Part shown: one piece after another, positions 47,462 through 56,072 of the stretch
How the letters are laid out: each line of letters opens with the position of its first letter
Numbering within the stretch: position 1 is the stretch's first letter
NCBI GenBank assembly: GCA_964472925.1
Contig: CAYYNL010000002.1
Coordinates: forward strand, 1-59,702
Length of the DNA: 59,702 bases
From: an uncultured Fibrobacter sp.
Lineage (GTDB): Bacteria; Fibrobacterota; Chitinivibrionia; Chitinivibrionales; Chitinispirillaceae
Direction: 5' to 3'
The notes under the pieces: generated by a model
Database searches by the model: none
Told to the model about the DNA's origin: nothing
The model's input: only the letters and a program-made list of their open reading frames with translations
Made by a program: the position numbers and the translations under genes

Positions 47462-48976
47462 TTACCTTTCATCAAAAGATTGATAATTTAATGCAGCTCC
47501 CGGATCCAAATTACACATCATTTTCAGAGCATTATCTCTTTTATCAATAAGTACAGATCTTTTATCTCCAGATTTATCTTTTGCCATTAACTCATAGGTT
47601 TTTACCATAAGATTAAGAAGATCCACAACCAGCGATGGTACCCATTTGGCCAAATAATAAGTATTAGCCAGTTCGTAAAGTGATTCCAGCATATATAAAG
47701 CAATTTCAAGCCTTTTTACTTCGAGCATATAAGAAACAATCGATAATCTTCTTCTGAAATTATCAAGCTCGTTTCCGTCACTTCTAATTTCATCTACCAG
47801 ATGCACCAGATCGGTTTCAGTATTGCTTGCAACTACAGAGGACTTTATGCCTTCCTTTTCCACTCTGCCTGAATTATCACCCACTTTATTAAAGTTGCAA
47901 AACAGCGGGATTATATCATGCTTAATCCATCTTTCTGTTTCAGAATCACTGAATGGTGTACCATCTATAAATTTCAATTCCCTTATTTGCGGATATTTGT
48001 TCAGAAACATGGCAGTTTCAAAAGTAATAGTCTCCTTAACTCCAGCAAATGTAACCCCGAGATTATCAGCAGCATTAGCTGAAATTCTTTGCAATTCAAA
48101 CCAGAAAAGCGTATTGCCTGAACTGAACATTTTTTCCGATTGAACTAATGCAGATTTGTAATCTCTCTTTTCCAGTAATGATATCAAATACTCTCTTCTT
48201 TCTTTTGATGGGGGTTCGATCTTTGTTATTTTTTCTTCTGCAAATGGAAGCATTTCAACATTACTCCAACGTATAATCCTCATTAACCGGTAACCGGCAG
48301 TTTTTTGCGGCTCCTTCTCTATTAAAAACAAAGCACACTTGCGAATCGTATCGAATGCAGCTTTGGCTGTTTCAAATTCACCAGATGATTCGCTTATTAT
48401 TGAATTCTCCTTTGAAACATATTCTTTGGAAGATTCTTTATTTTCAATTGGTTGTGAAATTTCCGCCTGTTTCTTCTCAGTCAATTGTCGCCATTTTTTA
48501 GCGAATGCATAAAGCTTCTCTGGAAAAGGGGATGATTCTGGAAAATTTAAGGTGAGAGAGTCCCTCAGATTATCTAATACCGAAGCCAACCGATCCATTT
48601 GATCATGAGCATCACTGGAGACTGTAGCGTTTTCAAGCATCTCTGTAAACCTGCTCTCTTCCAGCCATTTAAATGCCATCCTTTTTCCCTGCAGCCGCCT
48701 GGGAAATAAAGAATCAAATCTTTCTTTGGTTAAGTGTACCAATGCTTCGAAAAGATCAACAAAATAGCACCAGTTCTCTTTTTTCAGATAACATAATGCC
48801 AGGTAAGAAAACACACGAATGTCTTTACTTTTATTATTCAGTATATAACAGGCTTTTTCTTCAACAAGCTCGTAATCAATACATTCTGACTTGCTGACTT
48901 CTTGCTTAATAGTTTCGAAATCAGAGTCGTAATTTAACTCACTTCCACAGTCATTTTCACTAAAGACTGCCTTCAA
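47462..48976 (-). CDS. tssA: TssA-like protein (ImpA N-terminal domain family)
   Basis: N-terminal ENDCGSELNYDSDFETIKQEVSK fits the ImpA_N motif (G-x-D/E-L-x-Y-D-x-x-F). First gene of the locus. TTG start in the ORF track, true start uncertain. C-terminal domain not recognised. Confidence 0.65.
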   Translation of the reverse strand: MKAVFSENDCGSELNYDSDFETIKQEVSKSECIDYELVEEKACYILNNKSKDIRVFSYLALCYLKKENWCYFVDLFEALVHLTKERFDSLFPRRLQGKRMAFKWLEESRFTEMLENATVSSDAHDQMDRLASVLDNLRDSLTLNFPESSPFPEKLYAFAKKWRQLTEKKQAEISQPIENKESSKEYVSKENSIISESSGEFETAKAAFDTIRKCALFLIEKEPQKTAGYRLMRIIRWSNVEMLPFAEEKITKIEPPSKERREYLISLLEKRDYKSALVQSEKMFSSGNTLFWFELQRISANAADNLGVTFAGVKETITFETAMFLNKYPQIRELKFIDGTPFSDSETERWIKHDIIPLFCNFNKVGDNSGRVEKEGIKSSVVASNTETDLVHLVDEIRSDGNELDNFRRRLSIVSYMLEVKRLEIALYMLESLYELANTYYLAKWVPSLVVDLLNLMVKTYELMAKDKSGDKRSVLIDKRDNALKMMCNLDPGAALNYQSFDER

Positions 48977-49743
48977 TGAATTTAAAAGGATTTCAGAAAT
49001 GAGATCCTCCTGGTTGTTTTTTATTCCAGTTTTTAAACCTTCAGAATTCCAGAAACAGCTCAGCCAGAAATGAGAAAAAAGGAAAGGAAATTTAAATGGA
49101 ATACTCAGAAAAGATGAAGCATAAAATGGAAATGCTGTTACATTAATATAATTGAAAGTAATACTGTTAAAAACAAGTATCTTTCAAATTGGCTGACATT
49201 TCCATCAAAACGCTCCTGATAAGAACGATTTTCTTATGTATAATATAATTTGGGATTAGACTGACTGTGTATTTCAGTTTTCACTTTTTTTATTAATTTA
49301 TACAATAGGAATGGCCAAATTTGCTGATGGTTGCCTGGGAGTTCCCGGATTTTTTCCTTTTTTCACCATGTTCATCCAAATAGAAGCTTATCTCTTCAGA
49401 CACGAATGAAGCATTGCATAAACCTGACAAATTGAAGAATTGTTTAAATAACTCAGTTATAATTTATTTTTCCCTATCATTAAAGACAGCAGTAAAAACA
49501 GCATTATTTCTGATGATGGCTATTTAGGCAGTAAGTGAAATTAGTTCAATTTTAATATTATCAAATCAAAGTCTCTCTACTAAAGAATATTAAGGCATTA
49601 TGTATTTTCGCTATTTAGTTCTGGTTTTCTCTCTGATCCGATTCTCTTTCTGATTATCCCTGTTTATTCCTTTTCTTTTAATATTTCTCTCTTATTACTG
49701 TATTATTTCGATTTAACTCTGATTTCAACAAGGACTCCCGCTT

Positions 49744-51237
49744 ATGAATAAATACTATCTGGAAATAATTCGCGGAATTGACCTCGGAAAAAGATATGCA
49801 TTGGTTGAAGGGGTAATTACGATAGGTCGCAGTGATGATAATCTGATAATTCTCAATGAAAACGAACTGTTGGTTTCAAATCATCACGCTATTCTTTATA
49901 TATACCCAAATAATATCTGCATCCAGGATATAAACAGCAGAAATGGAACATATCTTAATGGCCAACGAATCAGTCTCAATGAGGTAAAGCTAAATGATAT
50001 AATCGGCTTCGGTGAAAAAGGTCCCCAACTGAAACTTATCTGTACTACTGAAGATATCACTCAAAATGAGTCCGTTTTGCAAACACCATGTATCTCTAAG
50101 GTTGAAATCTCCTGCATTAATGATAGCCCACCCGAATCAGCATCGATCTTCACTACAGATATTGAGCATAAAATTATGAATAACAGTATTAATGCAGATG
50201 AATTGACGAAGTTAATGGAGCAAAGTGCTTCTCTTAAGAAGATACTTCAAAAAGGAAATCTTCCTGAAACTCAATCTAATCTTCTCTTTAGCGATTACGG
50301 AACCCATCAAAGAAACCGTATCCGTATTATAATGCTGACATGTTCCATCATTCTCTTTTCACTTTTCTCTATAGCATATCTTACAATCCGGTTTTTTCAA
50401 ATTAAATCAAAACCAGATTCAGAACTCATCTCTAAAATGACAGAGAATAAAAAATCAATTGATTCACTACTTTTTAGTTTCAGTCAACCAATCCAGATAG
50501 ATCATCTTAGATCTCTATTCAATACATGGGATTATCAACCTGTCATTAAAGATACAATAGATTTTTTTCTTTATGAGATATTATCCGGTTTTGGGCACAC
50601 CGACTACCAGATCCCTCCACAGATGTCAACTACCGTTAAACGTCATCTGGAAACCTATTCCCAAACCCAAAGATTAATGACCAGCAGATTATTAAAAAGA
50701 AAAGAGCTCTACTTTCCTATGATTCAGAAAATATTTTCGGAGAAAAATATACCGTCTCAGTTAGCCTATATTTCTATGCTTGAGAGCGGTTTTAATCCTA
50801 AAGCATTGAGTCATGCAGGTGCAAGGGGCCTGTGGCAGTTTATGCCACATACTGCACGAAAATATGGATTGAAAGTTGACAGCTTTTCTGATGAACGTAT
50901 TGAGCCACAAAAAGCCACTTATGCAGCAGCAGAATATCTTAGAGACCTTATTGGAATTTTTGGAGCAAAAAGTTCAATTATGCTTGTCATGGCAGCTTAC
51001 AACGCAGGTGAGGAAAGAATTATGAATGCTCTTCGGAAAATTGAAGATCCTATTCGTGACCGTGATTTCTGGTATATTTATAGAATGGGTTACCTGTCAG
51101 AGGAAACAAATGAGTATATTCCCAGAATACTTGCTTTAATGATAATAGATAATAATCGTGAGTATTTCGGCTTCACAAATCAAGATATCGCGACTACCCA
51201 AATTGGCGAAACTGAGGATGACTATTGCAATTGGTGA
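49744..51237 (+). CDS. FHA domain - TM helix - MltD-type lytic transglycosylase (SLT) fusion protein
   Basis: FHA: ITIGRSDDNLIILNENELLVSNHHAILYIYPNNICIQDINSRNGTYLNGQRI. TM near residues 194-216. SLT: AYISMLESGFNPKALSHAGARGLWQFMPHTARKYGL ... AAAEYLRDL ... LVMAAYNAGEERI. Confidence 0.8.
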   Translation: MNKYYLEIIRGIDLGKRYALVEGVITIGRSDDNLIILNENELLVSNHHAILYIYPNNICIQDINSRNGTYLNGQRISLNEVKLNDIIGFGEKGPQLKLICTTEDITQNESVLQTPCISKVEISCINDSPPESASIFTTDIEHKIMNNSINADELTKLMEQSASLKKILQKGNLPETQSNLLFSDYGTHQRNRIRIIMLTCSIILFSLFSIAYLTIRFFQIKSKPDSELISKMTENKKSIDSLLFSFSQPIQIDHLRSLFNTWDYQPVIKDTIDFFLYEILSGFGHTDYQIPPQMSTTVKRHLETYSQTQRLMTSRLLKRKELYFPMIQKIFSEKNIPSQLAYISMLESGFNPKALSHAGARGLWQFMPHTARKYGLKVDSFSDERIEPQKATYAAAEYLRDLIGIFGAKSSIMLVMAAYNAGEERIMNALRKIEDPIRDRDFWYIYRMGYLSEETNEYIPRILALMIIDNNREYFGFTNQDIATTQIGETEDDYCNW

Positions 51238-51346
51238 TCGGGTTATGGAAGGGGAAATTCAAAATACGTATAAATCACATTGCATGTTGATACTATGGTG
51301 CTTGACAACAACCAAAGAGGCTGTTGCCAGATTATCGAATAATCTC

Positions 51347-52087
51347 TCAGTTACTTTTCTGAGCCTTAACCACCTTGGTTTCCTGTGCATCCGGACATTG
51401 TTCCACCAGTTTTTTCCAGGTTAGCGTTTTAGATTTGTCCTTCTTCTGCCTTTCGTATACCAGACCAAGCTTGTAAAGAGAAACACAGAGTTTAGTTCCC
51501 TGTGGATAATTTTTGATATAACTAAGATAGGCATTTTCTGCATCACTGTATTTTCTGGTGGCATAAAAACATTCCGCAATCCAGTACTGGGCTTCCTGAG
51601 CCAGTGATGATTCCTGGTACTGATTTGTAATGTTCTGAAAAGCACCTAATGCGATATCATACCTTCCTGCATTAAAATCGCTCATAGCCAGTTGAAAAAA
51701 CTTTTCAGTTTCAGAGGCCCTGGAACTTGAAGCAGAGTCAGCAATAAGCTTTGCTTCGAGTCTTTTGTTGAATTCAGCCGTTTTTTCATCGATCTTTGAT
51801 AGCTTGAACTGACTCTCCGACAAATTGCCATCGATAGTCGATACTTTTCTGTCCAGCTCGTTGAATCTTATCTGAATATCTGCTCGGAGCAGCCTTAATA
51901 CCTCTGACTGATTTTTCTGTTCTTCCAGCATTTTCTTCTGCATGGCTGTGAGCTCCGATTGTAACGAATCAACCTGAGCCTTTACCGCACGCAATTCCTG
52001 AGTCCTTAACATAGTAAGATTTGTACAGCCCTGAAACTGTGATACGCTAAAAAGAAATACAACCGTTAGAATAAACTTTTTAATCAT
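51347..52087 (-). CDS. cpoB: Tol-Pal system protein CpoB/YbgF (coiled coil + TPR lipoprotein)
   Basis: Lipobox FQGC, coiled-coil N-terminal half, TPR half (AGRYDIALGAFQNITNQYQESSLAQEAQYWIAECFYATRKYSDAENAYLSYIKNYPQGTK). Last gene of the tol-pal operon. ATG 52087 with GAGGTG upstream. Confidence 0.75.
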   Translation of the reverse strand: MIKKFILTVVFLFSVSQFQGCTNLTMLRTQELRAVKAQVDSLQSELTAMQKKMLEEQKNQSEVLRLLRADIQIRFNELDRKVSTIDGNLSESQFKLSKIDEKTAEFNKRLEAKLIADSASSSRASETEKFFQLAMSDFNAGRYDIALGAFQNITNQYQESSLAQEAQYWIAECFYATRKYSDAENAYLSYIKNYPQGTKLCVSLYKLGLVYERQKKDKSKTLTWKKLVEQCPDAQETKVVKAQKSN

Positions 52088-52129
52088 CAACTCACCTCTT
52101 CCAAAATATCTATCCGATATAACCGGCAA

Positions 52130-52678
52130 TTATTTAGCCAGCACCTTAAATTCAGCCCGACGGTTCTGCCTGTGACAGGACTCATCGGCACAACCAGTGA
52201 TCAGCGGCATCTCCTTACCCAAAGAAGTTATTTCTATGCGAATCGGCAAAATCCCCAGATTCAAAAGATAATCCCTCACCGCCCTGGCCCTTCTCTCACC
52301 AAGTCCCATATTATACTCTGATGATCCCCGCTCATCACAGTGCCCCTGGATAAGAATGCGAATACCGGAATATTCATTCAGAAATTTTGCGGCAGTAAAC
52401 AGTTTCTGCACAGCTTCATCATCAAGACTATAGCTGTTAAACTCAAAATGGATGGCATTAAGATTCTCTTTGACCTTTGATGCGATCTCACTTGCCAGAT
52501 CAGCCTCAATAAATGAAACTTCATCTGTTGTATCTACCCCTTTAAACAGATCCGGCTGTGGAGTAGCTTTCTGCACAGTGTCTCTGGGAACATCCATCAG
52601 GGTAGAAACCTGTTTTCGACACCCGTACACAAATACTGCTACAAACATAAAAAGTATCAGCAGAAAATTTCTTGCCAT
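52130..52678 (-). CDS. pal: peptidoglycan-associated lipoprotein Pal (OmpA-like domain)
   Basis: Lipobox VYGC. OmpA_C motifs IHFEFNSYSL, GHCDERGSSEYNMGLGERRARAV and NRRAEF. ATG 52678 chosen. Confidence 0.85.
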   Translation of the reverse strand: MARNFLLILFMFVAVFVYGCRKQVSTLMDVPRDTVQKATPQPDLFKGVDTTDEVSFIEADLASEIASKVKENLNAIHFEFNSYSLDDEAVQKLFTAAKFLNEYSGIRILIQGHCDERGSSEYNMGLGERRARAVRDYLLNLGILPIRIEITSLGKEMPLITGCADESCHRQNRRAEFKVLAK

Positions 52679-52700
52679 AATAAATTCCTGGTTTTCGGGA

Positions 52701-53945
52701 TTAAAAATCAGACCAATCCGGCATCTTAACATTCCCGGTACTGGTCACCCTGCGAAGTCTGGTACCGTCGGGCTTTACCACATAAAGATCACTATTGCTT
52801 CCTACTGTATTGACAAAAGCTATCAGGTATCCATCCGGTGACCACGCCGGGTATTCGTTATTTCCTCCCAGCTCTGTCACTTTGGTCAATCCGGTTCCAT
52901 CTGGTGCTATTGTCCATATATCGAATTTACCATTGTCCATCGATTGAAAGGCGATTTTATCTCCTTTGGGTGACCAGGCCGGAGAATCGGTATATTTGCT
53001 TTCAAAGGTTAACCGCCTCTGGTTGGCCCCATCAGCATCCATTACATAAATCTGTGGATTACCCGATCTGTCAGAGGTAAAGGCGATCTGATAACCGTTT
53101 GGAGACCATGATGGTGATGTATCCACACCGTAATGAACCGTAAGCTGCCTGACATTTGTACCATCAGGGTTACAGGTATAGATATCGAGATTACCCTTTA
53201 CAGAGGACCCATAGGCAATGGTCCCATCTATGGGCGATACATCCGGACTGGTTGTAATGGCTTTACTGTATATGTGAATTTTTGAAGAGCCATCCGCAAT
53301 AGATCCTTTATACATATCCGGCTTTCCCCTGAGATATGAGATCCACAGGATATTGTTGGCATCGGCAAAGGTGGGGAAAATATTGATCACATTGTTTTTG
53401 GTAATAGTAACCCTGTTATGACCATCAAAATCCATTAGAGCGATATCTTTTCTGTTTCCGGAAGCACTTACGTATAAGATGCGGCTGAGGAATATTCCAC
53501 GATCCCCGAAAAGTATCTCCACAATCTCGTTGGAATAGCGATGGGAAATGGTTCTTATCGATTTCAGATCACCTTTATATTTCTTACCAATTATCAGTTC
53601 CTTTGATGCAGCATCCCTGAGATAGCAATTAACAGTAACCTGAGAACCCTCGATTACATATTCGCCATCGATATAAATTCCCACGCTGGCAGCAGCAAAT
53701 GCCGCACTGTCGTAATCGCCAAGGCTTGTTACTGTAAACCTGCCGCAAAAATCCAGATCAGAAAAGATTATTTTCCAAGGCTGGTTTTCCTCTTCGCTTA
53801 TCACCTTTCCGTTAGTGGAACGGAAATCGATTATCCCAATCGGTATGGAATCAAATTTACTGGCATAAATTTCCAGATCGATTTTTTCTGCATGAATTGC
53901 ACACGTAAGAATCAGAAATGATAAAATGTAAAGTGGTTTCGGCAT
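52701..53945 (-). CDS. tolB: Tol-Pal system beta-propeller protein TolB
   Basis: Repeated propeller blades (SPSWSPNGYQIAFTSDRSGNPQIYVMDADG, SPAWSPKGDKIAFQS, YPAWSPDGYLIAFV). ATG 53945 sits 1 nt after the upstream stop. Confidence 0.9.
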   Translation of the reverse strand: MPKPLYILSFLILTCAIHAEKIDLEIYASKFDSIPIGIIDFRSTNGKVISEEENQPWKIIFSDLDFCGRFTVTSLGDYDSAAFAAASVGIYIDGEYVIEGSQVTVNCYLRDAASKELIIGKKYKGDLKSIRTISHRYSNEIVEILFGDRGIFLSRILYVSASGNRKDIALMDFDGHNRVTITKNNVINIFPTFADANNILWISYLRGKPDMYKGSIADGSSKIHIYSKAITTSPDVSPIDGTIAYGSSVKGNLDIYTCNPDGTNVRQLTVHYGVDTSPSWSPNGYQIAFTSDRSGNPQIYVMDADGANQRRLTFESKYTDSPAWSPKGDKIAFQSMDNGKFDIWTIAPDGTGLTKVTELGGNNEYPAWSPDGYLIAFVNTVGSNSDLYVVKPDGTRLRRVTSTGNVKMPDWSDF

Positions 53946-53946
53946 A

Positions 53947-54609
53947 TTATTTCCTGGTTGGGATAAGGGTACAATTGAGATCCAGTTTATCACCCGAAAA
54001 ACCTGGCGGTAGTTTTCCAAATGGTGCTGCAAGCTTCACTGCACGCAGAGCAATATTATCGATAGTACTGCTGCCAGAAGACTGCCGGATGGAGGGCTCT
54101 GATATGTTTCCATCATTATAAATAATAAAATGCACTACTACCTTTATATGGTGATTCTCTGTTGGAGGATTCCAATACCTTTCAAGTTTCTGCTGAACCT
54201 GGTTAAGATACCAATGAAATTTAAAATCCCCTACAGCAGAAACACTGGTTGGTGCCGGAAGCTCCTCAAGAATAGATGCCAGTTCATCTAAGTTCTCCTC
54301 AACTGCCTTGGAAGGCTCAGTTTTAGGTTGAGGCTTTGCATTTCTATCGGAACTTTTTTTAGTGGAAGGTACCGGTTTCGGTTCAGGTTTAGCTTCCCTG
54401 CGAGCCACTTTCTGCGGAGTCGACGGACGCAGGGGCGACACTAACTGAAAGGTCTGGGGGCGCTGAAATGTTCTAGATTTCCAGGTCAGTTTTAAAATTA
54501 GAGGAATACCAATTAACACCACCAGATGAAAGGCAATGGAGATAACAAAGAAAACCCAGCCACTCTCCTTTTGATAATCGTATGTCATCATCATATCGGA
54601 TCTGGACAT
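53947..54609 (-). CDS. TolA-like / TonB-family energy transducer
   Basis: One N-terminal TM, a Pro/Lys-rich linker (PSTPQKVARREAKPEPKPVPSTKK...KPQPKTEPSK) and a TonB_C-like C-terminal domain. Occupies the tolA position between tolR and tolB. Confidence 0.65.
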   Translation of the reverse strand: MSRSDMMMTYDYQKESGWVFFVISIAFHLVVLIGIPLILKLTWKSRTFQRPQTFQLVSPLRPSTPQKVARREAKPEPKPVPSTKKSSDRNAKPQPKTEPSKAVEENLDELASILEELPAPTSVSAVGDFKFHWYLNQVQQKLERYWNPPTENHHIKVVVHFIIYNDGNISEPSIRQSSGSSTIDNIALRAVKLAAPFGKLPPGFSGDKLDLNCTLIPTRK

Positions 54610-54613
54610 ATTA

Positions 54614-55033
54614 TTACCTTTCGGGAGTCTCTAAAGGCAGTGTCAGAAATCCCAGTTTTACCACCCCCGCTTTCTGTATCTCCCCTATCACCCTTATTAC
54701 CAAACCATAGGGCACCTTGGCATCTGCATTCACAAATACAGGTGTTTCCTTTTCTCCGGCAAATACTTCCCGAAAGCTCTTTCTGAAATCCAGCAGAGAC
54801 ACTTTCTCATAATCGATGTAAATCTCATTTTTCGAATTGATAGTAACCTGAATCGATTTATCTACTTCCACATTTTCGGCATCAGCCTTGGGAAGATCCA
54901 CCTGTACCCCCTGAGTCATCATCGGAGCTGTAATCATGAAAATAATAAGTAAGGCAAATACCACATCGATCAGGTTGGTAAGATTGACATCGCTTATAAC
55001 ATGACGACGCCTGGCTTTTCTTTTTTGGCCCAT
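54614..55033 (-). CDS. tolR: biopolymer transport protein TolR (ExbD family)
   Basis: 139 aa. NLTNLIDVVFALLIIFMITAP is the canonical ExbD/TolR TM segment with the conserved Asp. Confidence 0.8.
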   Translation of the reverse strand: MGQKRKARRRHVISDVNLTNLIDVVFALLIIFMITAPMMTQGVQVDLPKADAENVEVDKSIQVTINSKNEIYIDYEKVSLLDFRKSFREVFAGEKETPVFVNADAKVPYGLVIRVIGEIQKAGVVKLGFLTLPLETPER

Positions 55034-55051
55034 TGTCTGTTCCCCTGCTTC

Positions 55052-55795
55052 TTAAACCCGCGGCATCTGTGATGGTTGTGTGCGACCGGGGCGTTCCGTG
55101 TAAAGCAGATTGAATATCTCCCGTTTCAACCGCACTATCACCAGTTCCTTAAACTCATCCATCTGGTTTTCCAGTTTTTCTGCCCGGTGATTGAAGTAAT
55201 TATAGAAGAATAGCGATGGAATGGCCACTGCCAAACCCACGATAGTAGTAATAAGAGCTTCGGCAATTCCTGGAGCAACTACCGGTAAGGATGCAGAGCC
55301 CTGATTTCCAATTTCAAAAAAGGAATTCATTATTCCCCAAACCGTTCCTAAAAGGCCCAAAAATGGAGCAATGCTGCTTATCATCGCCAGAAAAAACACT
55401 CCCTTATCCAGAGGAGCAATAAGTGCCATGAATGCGCTCTCCATTCGCTCAGATGCCATGGTGAATTGGTTCTGCAGAAAAAATGACCAGTCTTTAACAC
55501 CGGTATGGGATTTTGCATCCTCCAGAATTCTTCGATATTCCATTGCGGCTGTACGTCCTAACTGCCCCATTGGAGCCCCCAGGGTTTTGGCATCCATCGA
55601 TTCAATTTCGGAGAGTTTATTGATCATATCATAACGACGTTTGAAAAGTTTATTTTTGGCCACAACCGAAGCCAACGCAAAATACCGGTTAAAAATTATA
55701 GCCCAGGAAATAAGTGAAGATATTGCCAGAAGAACGATGATAATTCTACCAGCCCATCCCGAGCGAATAATCATATCGATTACAGGAATATGCAT
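55052..55795 (-). CDS. tolQ: proton channel TolQ (MotA/TolQ/ExbB family)
   Basis: 247 aa, three TM helices. APFLGLLGTVWGIMNSF and PGIAEALITTIVGLAVAIP motifs. Confidence 0.85.
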   Translation of the reverse strand: MHIPVIDMIIRSGWAGRIIIVLLAISSLISWAIIFNRYFALASVVAKNKLFKRRYDMINKLSEIESMDAKTLGAPMGQLGRTAAMEYRRILEDAKSHTGVKDWSFFLQNQFTMASERMESAFMALIAPLDKGVFFLAMISSIAPFLGLLGTVWGIMNSFFEIGNQGSASLPVVAPGIAEALITTIVGLAVAIPSLFFYNYFNHRAEKLENQMDEFKELVIVRLKREIFNLLYTERPGRTQPSQMPRV

Positions 55796-56072
55796 GAATA
55801 GATCCTTTCGGATAAAACTGAAACCAAACTGTATATTTGTAAATTTGGGAACCCACTTTTTAGATCAACTCTGGAGCAGGATAACCAAACCGCAAAAGAC
55901 TCATTTTATACACAGTAACACGTCTTTAAAATTACTTCCTGATCGATTGATAATCAAATAGAAGTCCCAATTTGATGCTCCTTTATTCTGGCCTTTAGGA
56001 GTCTTTGATAATCTTACCCTCTGATCTATATTTATCCAGTAAAACCTTTAACGCCAGGGCAGATCAAAAGTC

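Noticed and set aside
49312-49325. TGGCC-N-TTGCT resembling a sigma-54 -24/-12 promoter upstream of the FHA-SLT gene
   Set aside because: The GG-to-GC spacing is two nucleotides shorter than the invariant spacing of sigma-54 promoters, and the site is more than 400 nt from the start codon.
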